A stretch of 64,000 bases of DNA, taken from positions 36,562 to 100,561 of the forward strand of contig NW_019217921.1 of assembly GCF_002571385.2 (NCBI RefSeq), in the 5' to 3' direction. The translations under genes were made by a program, and so were the position numbers. How positions within the stretch are numbered: the first letter of the stretch is position 1; every line of letters starts with the position of its first letter. A model generated the notes under the pieces. It did no database searches. It was given only the letters and a program-made list of their open reading frames with translations, and had not been told where the DNA came from. The stretch comes from Stylophora pistillata. Its lineage: Eukaryota. Shown here piece by piece: positions 43,801-58,800 of the stretch.

Positions 43801-46800
43801 CACCAATTTTAACAATTGTTCTAAAATCAGAACAAGCTTTTTCAGTAATAAAAGGATATGTGTAGGTAAGGTTATGAAGCCAAGAAAAGCTAAAAAGGTA
43901 GCCGCAATGCACGGTTCTGGACTACAGAAGATAGAACTAAGCTAATTGGATTAGACCTTACAGAATAATTTGTTTTTAAATTCATGGTCCACAAAAAAAC
44001 ATCCCATCAAATATGCTAAGAACTTACCATGTCTTCTGCCACCATGTGCCAACCGTGAGAACTTAGAAGGTGTTGTAGGAGTTGTCATTCTAGGTGGCAT
44101 GCCTGGACTGGACTGCTGGCCGGCAGGAACATTTGGCAAGAATGGGACCCCAAATGGGGGAGGAGCTGCAGAAGTGTCATGGGCACCATTCATTGGTGAG
44201 CCTGAAGTAAAGATAGCAATAATGTATTGACTGACAACTTTCATTAAAGATGCCTTTAAAACTCAAAGGTCTGCAAGTACGTCCTACAATGACAACAAAA
44301 ATCTTCACCTGCACTAGGAAGGAAGCCATTACTGAGTGGGACAGAGGGTGGCCTACCACCACCAAGCTGCATGTCACTTGGAGGTGGTGGTAGTGGAGCT
44401 TTCTCCTACACAAGACAAAACAAGAACAACATTATTGACAACTAAAAATATTATAACGAAAGTATTAGGGCTAATTTGGTCCCAACTTCTACTAAAAATA
44501 TGATACAAATATCATACCTGCTCATCTTCTTCAGTGTTCACCCACTTTTTGAGGTCCTCGTCCCAGTAAATCTATTTTGACGTAAGATTATAAAAATGGT
44601 TGAGTTAGTTGAATGTAAAAAAAATGAAAACTTAGAACAAGTGGGTAAACAATTTAAATACTTAAAAATTCAGAAAGCAAATTCAGGTGATGTGATATTA
44701 GTGGCAATGCAACTGTACCGATTTCTTTTTGTCATCTGGAAGAATCATTTCATTAGGACCTCGAGGCATGACTTTGGAAATTATCCCAGACAGACCTGAG
44801 AACCAGCCACCCTGCAGAGAAACCAAATTGACCATTTAATCAATTAAATCTCATCTCAAAAAGATGCACTAAGCACTTGACTGGGTCTGCATTTGTATAA
44901 ATTAGGTAACATATCCACTGGACAACTTTAGAGGCAGGGAATGAGGGAATATATCCTATTCTACCACAGGCAATTAATCCAAATGCTGATTGTAAAACCT
45001 GCCACAAGCTACAAGCTTGAATGCATTCCAATGCAAAAGACCATGAGACAGTTCATAACTCATTTTAAGAACTGCAGTGGAATGATTGTGCATAAAGGGA
45101 ACACTATTTATTATTATCTTTTCAACTAACCTGATTGCTGTTCTTAGCATTCTTTTTCTTCTCAGATGGTTTAGGCTTTGGTTCTTCTTTAGCTGGTGGC
45201 TCAGGCTCTATAACAGGAAGGAAAGCTTGTAAGACAACTTGTACAATCTTCTGTTGTACAATATTGTGTCATAAAATAAGTCATATCGTCACTCAATACC
45301 TTTAGGTGGTGGGGGCTCAACTTTCTTTGGCTCCTCTTTTCTGATGCCTTCTGACCATGATGACTGGTGGCTGTCATTCCAAGATGGCTCCTGACGAGTG
45401 CCATTCCAAGAGGGCTCTTGACGACTATCACTCCATGAGGGCTCTTGACGATTATCACTCCATGAGGGCTCTTGACGATTATCATTCCATGAGGGCTCTT
45501 GACGATTATCACTCCATGAGGGCTCTTGACGATTATCACTCCATGAGGGCTCTTGACGATTATCACTCCATGAGGGCTCTTGACGATTGTCTTTCCATGA
45601 TGGCTCCTGGTAACTGTCATTCCATGCAGGCTGCTGTGGGTAATAAGGCTGGTCTCCCACTTCAGCTGACTGCTTATTGACCATTGGTTCAGGAAATTGT
45701 TGTGACACAGGAGGACCTGGCACAAAGAAAGGTTGCTGTGGAGGAGTATTCACTGCAGATGAAGGCTCTGACCAAGCTGCTGGAGGTTGGGATGCTGTGC
45801 TTAGAGGAAGCTGCTGCATGGAAGATGTTCCTTGTTCTAGAGGCTTTTCAGGCTGGGTAGGTTCTAGATCCATACCACTAGACCAGGAATCTTGATAGTG
45901 ACCAGTAGTTGAGTCCTGTCTTACAGGAGGTGCTGTCTCAGTTTGCTCTGCACCCTGATGTTTGGGGGTAGGCTCATATCCTGAGAAAAAGGAAACTGAA
46001 CTTTCTGCAAGGGGATCTTCTGCATCACCTTCACTTTCTGTGACAGAACTGCTGATCTGAGATGACTGCTAAGACAAAAAAAAAAAGGTTAACTCTTATG
46101 TTGGTGGCACTAATTGCTGACTTTTACACATTATCTTTATCTTGACTTTCAAGTGGGTTATTTGATATACTGGTCCATTTTCCATTAATACATGAAAGTT
46201 GTTCAACTTTGTTTACTGAGGCACTTGCACTGTGATGCTGGGATCCCATTTAACCAAACAATAAAATAATTTTAAAAAAACCCAGCATAGACCATGTATT
46301 ATACTCTCAAGGAACTGAATTTCAAACAAGCAGGTTTAATTTTCAATAACATTCCATCACAACCCCTTTGAGTACTGTAATAAAAACCTCTTCATGAAAA
46401 GTTGATGATGGCTTGTAACTTTTGATTCAACACCTGAGACAGCAACCTGACTTGTGAATAACAACTCTTTTTTTTTTTCTTACATCTTTAACTTGCAGAA
46501 GCCTGTCTAACATTTCTGTCATTTCTGTAGCAACGGCCTCTTCACTTTCAGGGATTAATCTGTCCGTCAGCTGAGACACAAAGAAAAGAGATTGCAAGAT
46601 TCATTGATATGGAACGGCACCTTAAAATTTGAAACAAAATGTAGGCAGGGGATGCTATTTTTATTTAATTGCCAATTAAAGTACACCATGGCTAGTATAG
46701 AAAATTCATTAACAGACTCTTGGCTGGAAGTCCTTACCTCTTTGATGTTCTTGGTTAGGGCAGAGTTAAAGTGGTGAGGATGTTTAATGATTGTGCGACC

Positions 46801-49800
46801 AATGAGGTCTGCATACTGTAAAGCCTTTTGAGAAAAAAAAAATGAAGTAAGTCCAACATTGCCTTTTAGTCACATCTTACACTCCTCATTCAACAATGCT
46901 ACAGAACCAGAATTATTTACTACATCTATATCCTCTTTAAAAAAATGCTTTCTTCTAGTAAAGATTTAGTTGTGAAAAAAAAATTGATCAATTTCATCAC
47001 AAACGAACAATTTATATGACTGACAAGAACATCAATTCTTTTTAACTTTTCTTACCTCATCAGTGAAACCTGCCTCAGCCAACTTGTCTGCATGGAGATA
47101 TTTGTAAGTCTAACAAAAAAGAAATTAAAGTAACATGTTTATTATGAATTCATATTTTTGGTGAATTCTTAGGATTAAGTTGTCATCATTTCCTATCAAG
47201 CTCAAATCAGGATTTTTAGCATAATAGTAAGATACCCCACTCAACCACACCCACAATCAAATTCCTTTACTACATACCTGCAGAACTGGGATATAATGTT
47301 CTTCGTTGTTTAGGCTGAACGCATACTCTAGAACCTGACAACAACAACAACACAAAACAAAAGACTAGTTATCTTCTTTGTCAGAATTCACTGTGCTGCA
47401 AGTGAATTTTTCACTTCATACCTCCATCATCTGCAAGTTTTCAAGAGGGATGTGTTTCCCTGTGAGTGGATTCTTCCTGCAAAGGAGAAAAGATTTATCA
47501 AGGTTTGGTGATGCCTCTTTTAGTACAAAAGGATAAAAAGAAGTCCCTCACGGTTGTGGTACTTAAGAATAAAGTGAAGGAATTGACTGAAATTAACTAA
47601 AACATTTCCGTGGGTTTATCAGTCTACAACAGAATTGTTACAATTACCTGTGATCTACTCCTATCAGTGACATCTTCATCTTATCGTCAGATGGAAAACC
47701 AAACTTTTCAGAAGCCAACAGGTAGCATAAGTGTGCTTCCCAAACCTGATCATTAGCCACTGAAAAAAGGAAATCATCATTTGCATCTTAACTGGTATCA
47801 TTAGCGGTAACTTCATAGTGAGGATATAGCCGATTCAGTATGCAAATTAAACGCTGAAATATGTAAATAACCAATGATGCCAAAATAACTAGCACTCTGA
47901 TGGTAAATTAGCTTAACTCATAAATACACTGTTTTTATTTGACTGTTTTGTTCAACACAAAGTACTTTGTATTCAGTGCCCTTAATTATAATAATCGATG
48001 TGTTAAATGAGAAAATGCACCACAATGCAGAACTTACTCAGAGTATCTCCTAAACAAATGATATTCTTCTTGTTACTCTTTGGATGCTGACGGGGTGGAT
48101 TCGCCACCATTGCTGCAAGATTGCGTTGCCAGTCATCAGGGGTCTGTAAAAGTTGAAAGGTTATTAAAAGATAAGAGGATAAGAGGGATGCAACAACTCA
48201 ATAATATGGCCTAAGGCCACATCTATGGAAGAAGGTGGCTTTCCACAACAACAAAAGAAAAGGTTTAAGCTGGGCTTTCACTCACCATCAGTGCAACAGG
48301 TTGTCTTCCTGAAAGGTGATCTTAAACTGTACGGATTGGATCAAAATCAGTCATTGTCCTCATGAACCTGGAATTCAAAATAAAAAACGATGAACTTGAG
48401 AATTATCCTTGAAATAAGATGGACTTAAACAAAATTACAAGAAGGCCTTGGTTAACAGAATCCTGATTAAGACCCCTGCACTGTTTAACTATGAAATTCA
48501 CTTGAGAATATTGATATATTTTAACAGATGATTAACTAGATGGTTTAGCACCAATAATGGATGTTCTTTGCTTCAGCTTTACCATTTCTCTGTCAGCTCA
48601 CCACAACACCTTCTAGCTCACAGGAGTTTTAAGGCACTGTGAGAGTTAAGCATCTTTCCCACAATGTTCCAATACATGCTGGGTTCACACCAAAAGCCCT
48701 TGGCAGAGAGTCCATTGTGTAAACCACTAGGTCTCCCTATCTTCCAAATTTTATACAACATATTCCTTACCTTGTCATAACATCATTCTGCACTTTCTTA
48801 TCCATTTTTCCTGCCAGCATCATAGCATGTCCCCACAAACCATATCTCATGGTGTACTCTAGGGCATCCTAAACAAATAATGGTACAGGTAGCTATAGTT
48901 GTGCAATTACTGTTTCCATGGGCAGCCTATGACTGGGTTGCTGGATCATGCCAGCCAGGGGAGGGTTTTTTAATTTTGTGATAGGCTACTGAAAAGGGAA
49001 ATATTCTAGTCACCCAAACTTTACAAGTGATGCTGACCAGTAACTGTTGTTGTTGTTTGGTGAAAATTAGAAGCAAGAGCTGTTGGTAAAAAGACTATAT
49101 TACCTTAGTTGCACCTGCTAAAAGCATCTCTCTGTAAACTGTGACATGTTTGTTCTTTTCAGACTCAGAAGCTGGCAGGGCATTCTCAGCAGATAGAAAC
49201 TCGTGCTGATCTGATGCATTAGAAGTCCGCCAGTTTGCCATGATGATTTCAGCCAGATCAGATGGTACAAAGGCCTGAGAATATAACAGTTAGTTACTTT
49301 TATCAGGTTTTGAACCAAACTAAAGATAGCCACCGATCTCTTGTGACAACAATTTTTTTTAGTGGAAACACTACAAATTAAGAAAATGGGTGAGCGCTAT
49401 AGAGGAATGGACAAACAGATGGGCCAAACCACATGACTCTCAAACTTGAGAATCATTCACAAGTACTCACTCCACTGTGCTTGACTAGATTTCCAAGAAT
49501 TTTCCATATGAGAGATTTCACTACTTCAACAGATGTGTTTGTTGTAGCACTCCGTTGTTCACAATAAGCCATTACTTCTGTTCTACTTGAGTACAAGCTA
49601 GTTTTGGGAATGAAAAAAAAAATCAAACCTTCAGTAATGCAGTTTATAGTGAAAGGTTACCAAGTTGTGTTTCGTGAGTATTTCTCAACATTAAGAGATT
49701 TTAAAATAATGAGATGTATTAATTATTGAAGAGTTTGTTCATTATTATCTTTTAGTGAGAAAGGACATATCACTACACACTGTGCTTCTATACAACTTCA

Positions 49801-52800
49801 CTTTCAAATGGAATTCTGTCATCAAATCAACTATTTCTCATAAGTTTGAAAGACACAATTAACAATTTTTTAAAAGACTTTCATAGAGTTGTTAGCTGTC
49901 TTAGTAGATGTCGATCATGAACTAACCTTGAGAGTGGGCCTGGAAATGCTTTGATGAGATTTATCTGTTCTTCCTTAAACACCATCTGCTCAGATGGGAA
50001 CAAAATATATTCTCATAAATTTCTACATAATTTAACTTCATTTCATACTGTAAGACTGTAAATGTGGTAGAAATAAATGCAATAACCAACTCAAAGTTAC
50101 AGTAAAAATTCTATTACCTCTTCTTTTGGAGAAAGTGCTTCATAGACATAATAAGAAATGACTGGCCTAAATTGTAAACCTATCACACTGAAAAGTTTTA
50201 GAAGGAAAAAATTATACACTGCCATATCCAAACATAGAAAACCTTTCTCAATTCTACTAAGATCCAAAATTTCATGGTAGGCATCATAATCATGATAAGC
50301 TAAATTACCCATGCCTTTTGATTGGTTCTTATCACAGTTTGACATCATCCATGATCTATTATTGAACAGCTGTGTGCCAACACCAAATCTGTTTGTTAAT
50401 TTAAGTCTGTTTGTTAATTTAAGTCTTCCCAGTTGTAACTCGGCATGAATAGTTGTAGTTTGGGTTTAACTACCATAACAAAGAAACATTTTCATCTAGC
50501 TACCCATGGATATGCATTCATCAGGTTTGGAACAACACAGTCTGGAATAACACTTTTCAACCATTCAGATCTATTGAACAAACCTGAACTGTGGCAACCA
50601 CACACTTAGGCTGTTCGTCTTCTTCCTCACTGCCTAAGAGGGAGATCAACCTGTTGCCACTAAAGCGTACTAAGGGATGTTGGACTCTGTACAATTGTGG
50701 AGTCAGACGTGCTGGTTCAGTTTCTTGGACTTCAGTCTGAGCAGCTGGGAACAACAGAGAGAAAGAATTACTCTAAAAGTGTGTTCTGAACACCAGAACG
50801 AAAAAACCACATCATTTTTAACCCTTCCCAACCTAACATCAGTATCCATATTCTTCACATTCTTCTCTGCACATCTCTTTGTTACTAACAAGGAGAATCA
50901 CAACTAAAGCTTCTTAGGGTTGACAATCATGTTCCTAATTCTCATGATTTCAAAGAATGATTCAGCAGTGGCACTGTAGGGAGAAATTAGATTTTGGTCA
51001 CTCCAAGGACCTCTTTCACTCCCAAGATCTCATTGACAATTCTTCTCACCATCTGCCATACAATTACTATGATGTTGCTTTGGAGAATTTGATTGCGGTT
51101 CAACTTATAATTCCCTAATTAACATTTTTACTAGTTCTCCTCACTTTTCTGCTTGATAATGTATTGATACTGTAAGGAGAAATTCTGTCTTGGTCACTCA
51201 TGGAAGTTCAAGGGTTAGAGGGTTGCCTGGAAAGTAGCAGGTATCTAAAATATACTAAAAGGCTGACATTCCCAAAATAAATTTTCTTGCAAATTATAGA
51301 CTTAAACCTGAGAGTCAAAAACCACAAGAAGCCTGGAAATCAGCCATAGTACTCAAAAGAAAATTTACAAAGGAAATCACAACATCAACAAAAAAACATC
51401 AATACATACCCTGCTCTGGCTGAGAGTTTTGGTAACCAGGAGGGTACTGGGTTCCACTGTAGAACTGAGCCATCTGCTCTGGGGTATAGCCCATGTTAAA
51501 GTATCCCTGCTGGGCACAATACTGTTCATAATGTTGTGGATAGTAATAGTACAACATTGTTAAATACTGGTACATGTCCATGGATTGAGTATCAAGATAT
51601 GATGGATAGCCGTAATGATGAGAGGGGTACGAAGGTGATGAATAGTCATAAGCAGGACTGTTTCTATCAGATAAAGGAGTGCTGCGTCCACTGTGGTATG
51701 AATGAGGATATGCAGGGTCAGAACCCCTGTACAAATCTTCTCTGGAAGTTCTACGATCATCATAACTCCTTCTTCCTTGTCTTGGGGACCCGTAACCGTA
51801 ATAAGGATCCCTGTTGTCATAACTCTCCTTTCTGTCATAATTTCTCCTTCGGTCGTAATCCCTAGAATCATAATCTCTTCTACTGTAGTCACTTTCTCTT
51901 CGATCAAGTTCCCTTCTGTCACGATTATCATACTCCATCCTTTCATATTCCATTCTGTCATATTCCCTTCTACCATAATCCCTTCTGTCATGTTCTCGCC
52001 TGTAATCCCTTCTGTCATCTTCATAATATGGGTCCCTTCTGTCTTGGTCATAATAATGATCATCTCTGCGCCTTGAATTTTCTGGTGAATCTGCATCACG
52101 AGGGTCACTTGAATCATACTCACGCTGAGGTCTCTCATCAACTCTGCCACTTGAATCAAAAGGATGATTGTCTCTCTCTTGTGCAGAGAGAAGAGATGAG
52201 GAATCCTGCACCGTGTTTGAGAAAGACTGCATTGGAACTGGACTCTGAGAACTCTTATCCACATCAGATTCTTTCTTCTTAGGTTGCTTCTTCCCCCCCT
52301 GAAGCAAAGATGCCAATGACATTGGTGTTGGTTCTGGTTTTGCTTCAACCTTGGGAGGTTGCATAATTTGTTCCTGTGCAGAATATGATGTTGTTTTTGA
52401 CATTTCAGGTGGTAGAGCCATGGACCCATGGTGTGGCCCTGAGGGTTGTTCTGCAGTGCTTCTGGGTAATTCATTGGGGTTTAATGTAACTTGCTGGTTA
52501 ACATTGTCACTTAGAGTTGGAAAGACATCTTTGGCATCCTGTGGCTGGAGATCTGGTTGGTGATTTACTCTAGAGTGAAGAACAGGATCCACACCAAGAT
52601 GAGCTGGAGGAGCAGCAGGCTCAGGTGCTGCTACTCTTTGATCATGACCATCAGAAGTACTGCCGGAAACATCAGTAGTAAATGGCTGGATATCTGGTTG
52701 GTGATTTACACTACGGTGGGGGACAAACTCCTCACCCAAATGAGGTGGAGCCATATGTTCAGATGGTGCCATTCCTTGATCATGACTCCTTGAAACAATG

Positions 52801-55800
52801 TAGGAAACTTCAGCTGTATGTGGCTGGATATCTGGTTGGTGATTTACTTTAGGGTCAGGGACAGACTCCCCACCAACATAAGCAGACAAATCAGAAGAGA
52901 GAGGTGGTGACCTTCTTTGATCAAGACCACTGGGAGCATTGAAGGAAACATCAGCTGCACATGGCTGGACATCTGGTTGTCGATTTACATAAGGGTAGGT
53001 GACAGACTCCCTACCAACATGAGTTGGAGGAGCAGCTGGCAAAGGAGGTGCCATTCTCTGATCAAGACCATTGGATGTCGCCAACACATGTGGCATGATT
53101 GACTCTGGACTTTTAGGAGGTAGAACTGGATGTGATTGTTGAATAACATCAGGTGGAACATTTGTGGGTGGTGGCAGTTGCTGCAATGCGGGTGAAAGGT
53201 CTCTTTGCTGCATTTGTCCTGTTGGAGGTATCAGCTGGAAAGGAAAATTAGGGAAGTCTACTAAGAGTGATCATCTTGGAACTATTCCCTTTTTTCATTA
53301 CTGTTAATATCTTTTCTGGCTTAAAGATGTCAAATAAATGACTACCCAATCAATGCACCATGATGACATTCATCTTTTAAATCCCTCAGCAGCTCATTCC
53401 AAGAAATCAAGGCTTCCTTTTAAAGTAATATCAGAATGCAGCATTTAATTGTTAAGAATGATTATGACAACTCCTACTGACCTGTTTTTCAGGTGAATAA
53501 GATCTTTCATTTCCATGTGGCTCAGATGAGTCAGTTGAAGCCACTGCAGCAGGAGCTAGAACACAGGGTGTTGGCAGATGAGCACTATTCATCCACAAAG
53601 AAGTCCGAGGCGAAGAAGCAGGTGCCTTCCCAGCCAGCTGCTTCTGGAGAAAAGCAGCCTGAAATACATCACGAGGACTGTCCGGTTCTGCAAACAAGTG
53701 TTCTTCAAGGCTTGAGGATTCCTTTGCAGATACCTCGAGGTCTAAAGAATTCACTTTTGCATCTGGCTCTTTCTGAGTTGATTGTGTCCCTTCTGAAGAA
53801 CAAGAATCCATCTGTGGAGTTTGCTCCACTTGTGTAGCTTGCTGCATTAGCGGAGCTTGCTGCATTGGTAGAGCTTCCTGCATTGGTGGGGCTTGCTGCA
53901 TTGGTAGAGTTTGCTGCATAGGTGGTGCTTGCAGCATTGATGGAGCTTCCTGCAATGGTGGAGTATACTGCACTGATGAATCTTTCTGCATTGGTAGAGC
54001 TCGCTGCATTGGTGGAGCTTGCAGTATTGGTGGAGCTTGCAGTATTGGTGGAGCTTGCTGCATTGAAAAAACTTGCTCCCTGGGCAAACCTGGCTGCATT
54101 AGTAAACCTTGTTGCATTGGTGGACCTTCCTGCATTGGTGGACCGTGCTGCATTGGTGGATATTGCTGCATTGATGGAGCTTGCTCCATTGGTGGACCCT
54201 GCTGCATTGGTGGACCCTGCTGCATTGGTGGACCCTGCTGCATTGGCGGAGCTTGACACAATGGTGGACAATGTTGCATTGGTTCAACAGCTGCACTTGG
54301 TTCAACAAAGCCAAATGGAAGTTCTTTTAAAGGAACCTGGCCTGAAGACTGCAGTCGTGTTTTCTCAATTTCCTGGCTTGGCTCAGTTAATTCAGAGGAA
54401 GTATTCATTAAGGTAGCAGGTGAGAAAACTCCATTGTGCTCAACACTTGTATTTGGGGCCAGTATGCTATCTCCCATGTCTTGAGGCTCTCCAAGATTTT
54501 GCAAAGGTGCTGAGGCAGGAACATCATCTGCAGTTGATAAACAGTTTATATTGGTAACATAGGAAAACAATAACACACTGCATCCCTGGTGAGAAATTAA
54601 AGCTTTGGAAAATTTTGACAACAAAAATGTTGATTGTCATAACTTTTCAACATTCAGTCATCAAAGATTCTGGAACAAGATACATGCAATGGCTGGAAAA
54701 TATACTACAGATTTACTGAGGTTTATACTGACTACCTGAAAAAAAGCAATTGGGGTGCCAGTATAATTATGTCACAGATTAACTGTTAAACTATGCAATC
54801 TTAATTTTTATCTCAACAATAAAAAAGAAAGTTAATGATCACCTTCTTGGTTGAACCAGCTGCTTAATTCAGGTTCTTGGCTCCAAATCTGTGGGTAAGG
54901 TTCACTATTGCATTGCTGATTCATCAAAGGAGGGGCACTAGAGGAACTATCTTGGTGATAGGAGCCCATCTGGAAATGTGCCATAAAAATTCATCAATAT
55001 TTGTTTTATGCAGGGGCAGTTAGGCATTGAAAAAGAGCAATTGCACACTAAATTGTGCAATTCTAGATGAACTCTTATCAATTTTCTACCCTGTCTGCAA
55101 ACATTTCTTGCAAATTTAGCTCTGACAATTTAGTGTTAAATAAGATAAAATAAAATACCTTTCTTCCAATCCTCTTTATGCTTCAGAAAGCTGTTTGCTT
55201 TTAACTTACCTGAGCAGACCCATCAGGCTGGTTGAACCAGTCAATTGCAGAATTCTGCTGTGATGCAGTCTGTGGTGTTATAAGCCGAGGATATTCTGAA
55301 TATGTATATGTGGTGTTTTGTTCCCCAACCCCTGCATGATCCATTCTTGGTACAGGTGATTCTGTGGTGGTCAAATTGTTCCTGTCATGTTGATTTCCCT
55401 CGGGAAAGCTTCTCTGTAAAAAAAAAAAAAAAAGATAAAAATGTCTAATAAATTACTTGATTGAGAACTTGAAAGGTCCAAATATAATTACTAGCAAATG
55501 ACCTTGTCAATAAACAACAACTCTTATGGTTACATACAACAAAGACTACAGAAGTCAGGAAATAGCATTAAAAATTCAGTGATGTATTTATGCATTCATT
55601 GTCCACCAATCAGAAACAAGACATTCTCATTTTTTAGTTAATAATACTGAAAAACACCCAAAGAGCAAGGAAAATATTCTTACCAGATCATAATACCATC
55701 CTACATGATTATAATGGTTCTGATTTTCTTTTCTCTACAATCCTAATCACGTAGGATCACATCAAAATACACAAAAGTGATGGTCTTATGAAATAATTGT

Positions 55801-58800
55801 GACCAACCAATCAAAATAATTTCATCGTCTTTGTGGTGTTTTAGAAAGTGGCATGTTTCATGCGTATAAAAGCTTAAATTTGAAGAGGGGGAAATAATGG
55901 ATTCATGAATACTTTTCTATGACCTATTTGTGCATTTGCATGGAACAGTCAGAAACAGGATACTTTTATTGAGTCTATACTAATGCTAAAGAACACTCAT
56001 CCTTCACACGCCAAAAGAGTGAGAAAATGTTCTTATCAGATCCTAATTGGAACCTACATGATTATTATAATTGTGGCTAGTAGTGTTGCTTTGGTTCTCA
56101 GCCATGCATTTCCTTCCTGATTCATCACAGAGCATGTACTCAGCAACAAACAGGAGAGAAATGCATGGACTGGGGAACAGGAAATAACCAGAGGTTTTTC
56201 TCAATAAATAATTTTAAGAGGAATTTATCAATAAGGTACATTCTGGACTCAGAAGACCTAGTGATATATTATACACTCAACTCCTTTACACCCTAACATC
56301 AGTATGCATATTCTCTGTAGAATTGCATCATTGATTAAAATCTCGCATTCTGATTGGTTAATTAAGCAAGGTATTTACCATGGAATTGCGGATTGAAAAT
56401 GAGACTAGGTGATATTGTATATATAACAACCATAAGTTATGCTGATTTCAAGGAAAACCCATTACTTGACTCATGAATTGCCCATTAAACTGTACTTGAA
56501 AACCATGTACAATTTAAGGCAGTGTACAATTTAAGGCAGAATCCTCTTGTCGAGTAATGAATTTTCCTATAGTGTTCTCTCAACATTTCCTAGGTGCTGA
56601 AAAAGATAATTTGTTTAACCTTTCACCCCTAAGAGTGACTAGCATCTAATTTCTCCTGACCTCCTCCCCCCATGTTCCTCAACTCCTTGACCCCCAAGAG
56701 TGACTAGCATCTAATTTCTCCTGACCCCCTCCCCCCATGTTCCTCAACTCCTCGACCCCTAAGAGTGACTAGCATCTAACTTCTCCTTACAATAGCATCC
56801 CTGAATCAAATATTAAGGTACAGCGCTGCACTGGTATCGCAGAGGTCAGTGGTTCGAATCCCATACAGGCCTGATTTTTTTTTTGTCCAGGACTTTTTNC
56901 TATTNNNNNAANNNNNNNNNNNNNNNNNNNGNNNNNNNNNNNNNNNNNANNAAGGAAATGATCATCAACTGAAGAAGCTCTGAGTGATAATAAAACAAAT
57001 TCTCCTTGTCAGCACCCCAGGAAATGTATAGAGAGCAGTATGAAGAATATGCATACCAATCAATGTCAGGGTATAAAGGTTTAACAATCGAGAGCATCTG
57101 CTTAGTTGGTGATCATTTTCTATACTCTTGTGACTTAATGTGTGATTCATGGGTGATATCTAAGGGAAAAATTAGAGGCTACTCACTCTTTGGGGTTAGA
57201 TGGTTAATGAATAGCTAACCTGCACCGCTGCATCAGGTTGAAAGGAATCAAAAAAGTCAGCCCCAGAGGATGATCTTTGTGAAGAATCCATTTGTGGAGT
57301 CATAGACTGATTAACAATATTTGCGACTTTTGGGTAACTGTATGGGGAGGTTTCTTCCTCAACCCATGTACTTTGATCATGATTGTTATCCATTATGGCT
57401 GGAGATGACTGTGAGGATGAAGTAGTACTCCCTGTCAACTCGTCCTTGTAGTGTGGAGGAACAACAAGTTGAGAATCACTATAACCCTCCATGTTTTCCT
57501 ACAAAATAGGAAAAGTGTGAATGGGCATACTGATTCCAAACAAAAGTTGATAAAATTTAATCTGTTAATAAATTAAAAAACCACTACTCTCATTTTGAAT
57601 ACATTCAAACTGCAGGGAAAGTATTCTTACCGAATCATAATGATGGGCGATAGTATTGCCAAGCAATACATCTAATTCAACTGGCCACTCATCCCAACCA
57701 TCAAATTCATTCTATGCAAAAAAAAAAATTATAGTCACTGTTAGGCAGGTATATTAGAACAGGCCATTAGGCTGGTTGGCCATTAGCTGTTGAGGAAAAT
57801 GTCTACAATTGTCTCCCCTTTTTATATTTCTTCATCTCTTCCCTGGCACGTAGCAATATTTTCCACCAAATTAAAAAAAATTGGTATGTCCCTTTTTTGC
57901 CTTTACAATGTTTAGTGTTTGCTTGTATACCTCAACATTTTGAAAATTATCTGTGAGTGCATTTTTCAGTTCAAGGTTCCAAGCTGCACTCATTATAGTC
58001 CCCATAGGGTGGAGAACAAGAGGTTGCCCCCTTTCATCTTAAATTATCGTACCTGAGCATTAAATTTAAGACAGTTGCCAGCTGAATGAATTATTCCAGA
58101 GACAAGCACACAGGTGTAATGAGTGCAATGTGTAATATTGAACCAAGAGTCCTTCTCTGCTTTTTTTTTTTTACATCAATAAACTACCCTTTCTGTATTA
58201 ACCAGGTTTATGCGATGAAAAATTAATATTCATGTCGCTGTCAAAATTTTTACCTGTGTACTACTCATAAAAGGATCCACGTTCCCTGGTAGAGATGTTG
58301 CTACTTCAGAAGAGTTTTGCAGAGCTTCTGATCCTGTGAAATGATTTTCACTGAAAGGAGGCAGTAAAAAAATGGTCATTATCAACACCCCTACTTTAAA
58401 TCATTCTCAAAATAATTGAGTGCTAAGAAAAGTATCTTTTTGAACCTAGAGACGAAAATCTCTGGAAATCACACTGGTCTCCGAAACACAGACAGTTAAC
58501 ATTTACATCCTTAGATCAGAAAGCATATTCTCCATTCTGTTTTCTAAATATTTCCTATGATACTGACAAGGAGAAGTTGTTTAACAGTCTACAGCTTCTT
58601 TAGTCTGTGAAATTGGTCTCACCTAGAGTGGACAATTCACGATTAGAACATGGGAGTTAAGAAGATACACAATGTACCTGCTTGATTGGTGGTTCCAAAA
58701 TGAGTCTTGTTGACCTTTATTCTGGCTAGAACCACCTTAAATTCAAATAAAGATAGTTAATGATATTTACAATACTGTGTCATGACAATAACTACATCTG

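Noticed and set aside
45365-45625. CRISPR-like regular repeat
   Set aside because: There are no unique spacers. It is a head-to-tail coding minisatellite in a eukaryotic exon.
48322-48324. Selenocysteine recoding or SEC16 pseudogene
   Set aside because: The codon is TAA, not TGA. All other exons and splice sites are intact, which argues against a decayed pseudogene.
50838-50884. Possible extra 47-nt SEC16 exon (VTKRCAEKNVKNMDTD)
   Set aside because: The sequence belongs to the abundant TTAA-MITE family. Exon 51410-53234 joins in phase directly to the stronger acceptor at 50744.
51536-54416. Multiple alternative-frame and antisense ORFs over SEC16 exons
   Set aside because: By-products of repetitive low-complexity coding sequence.
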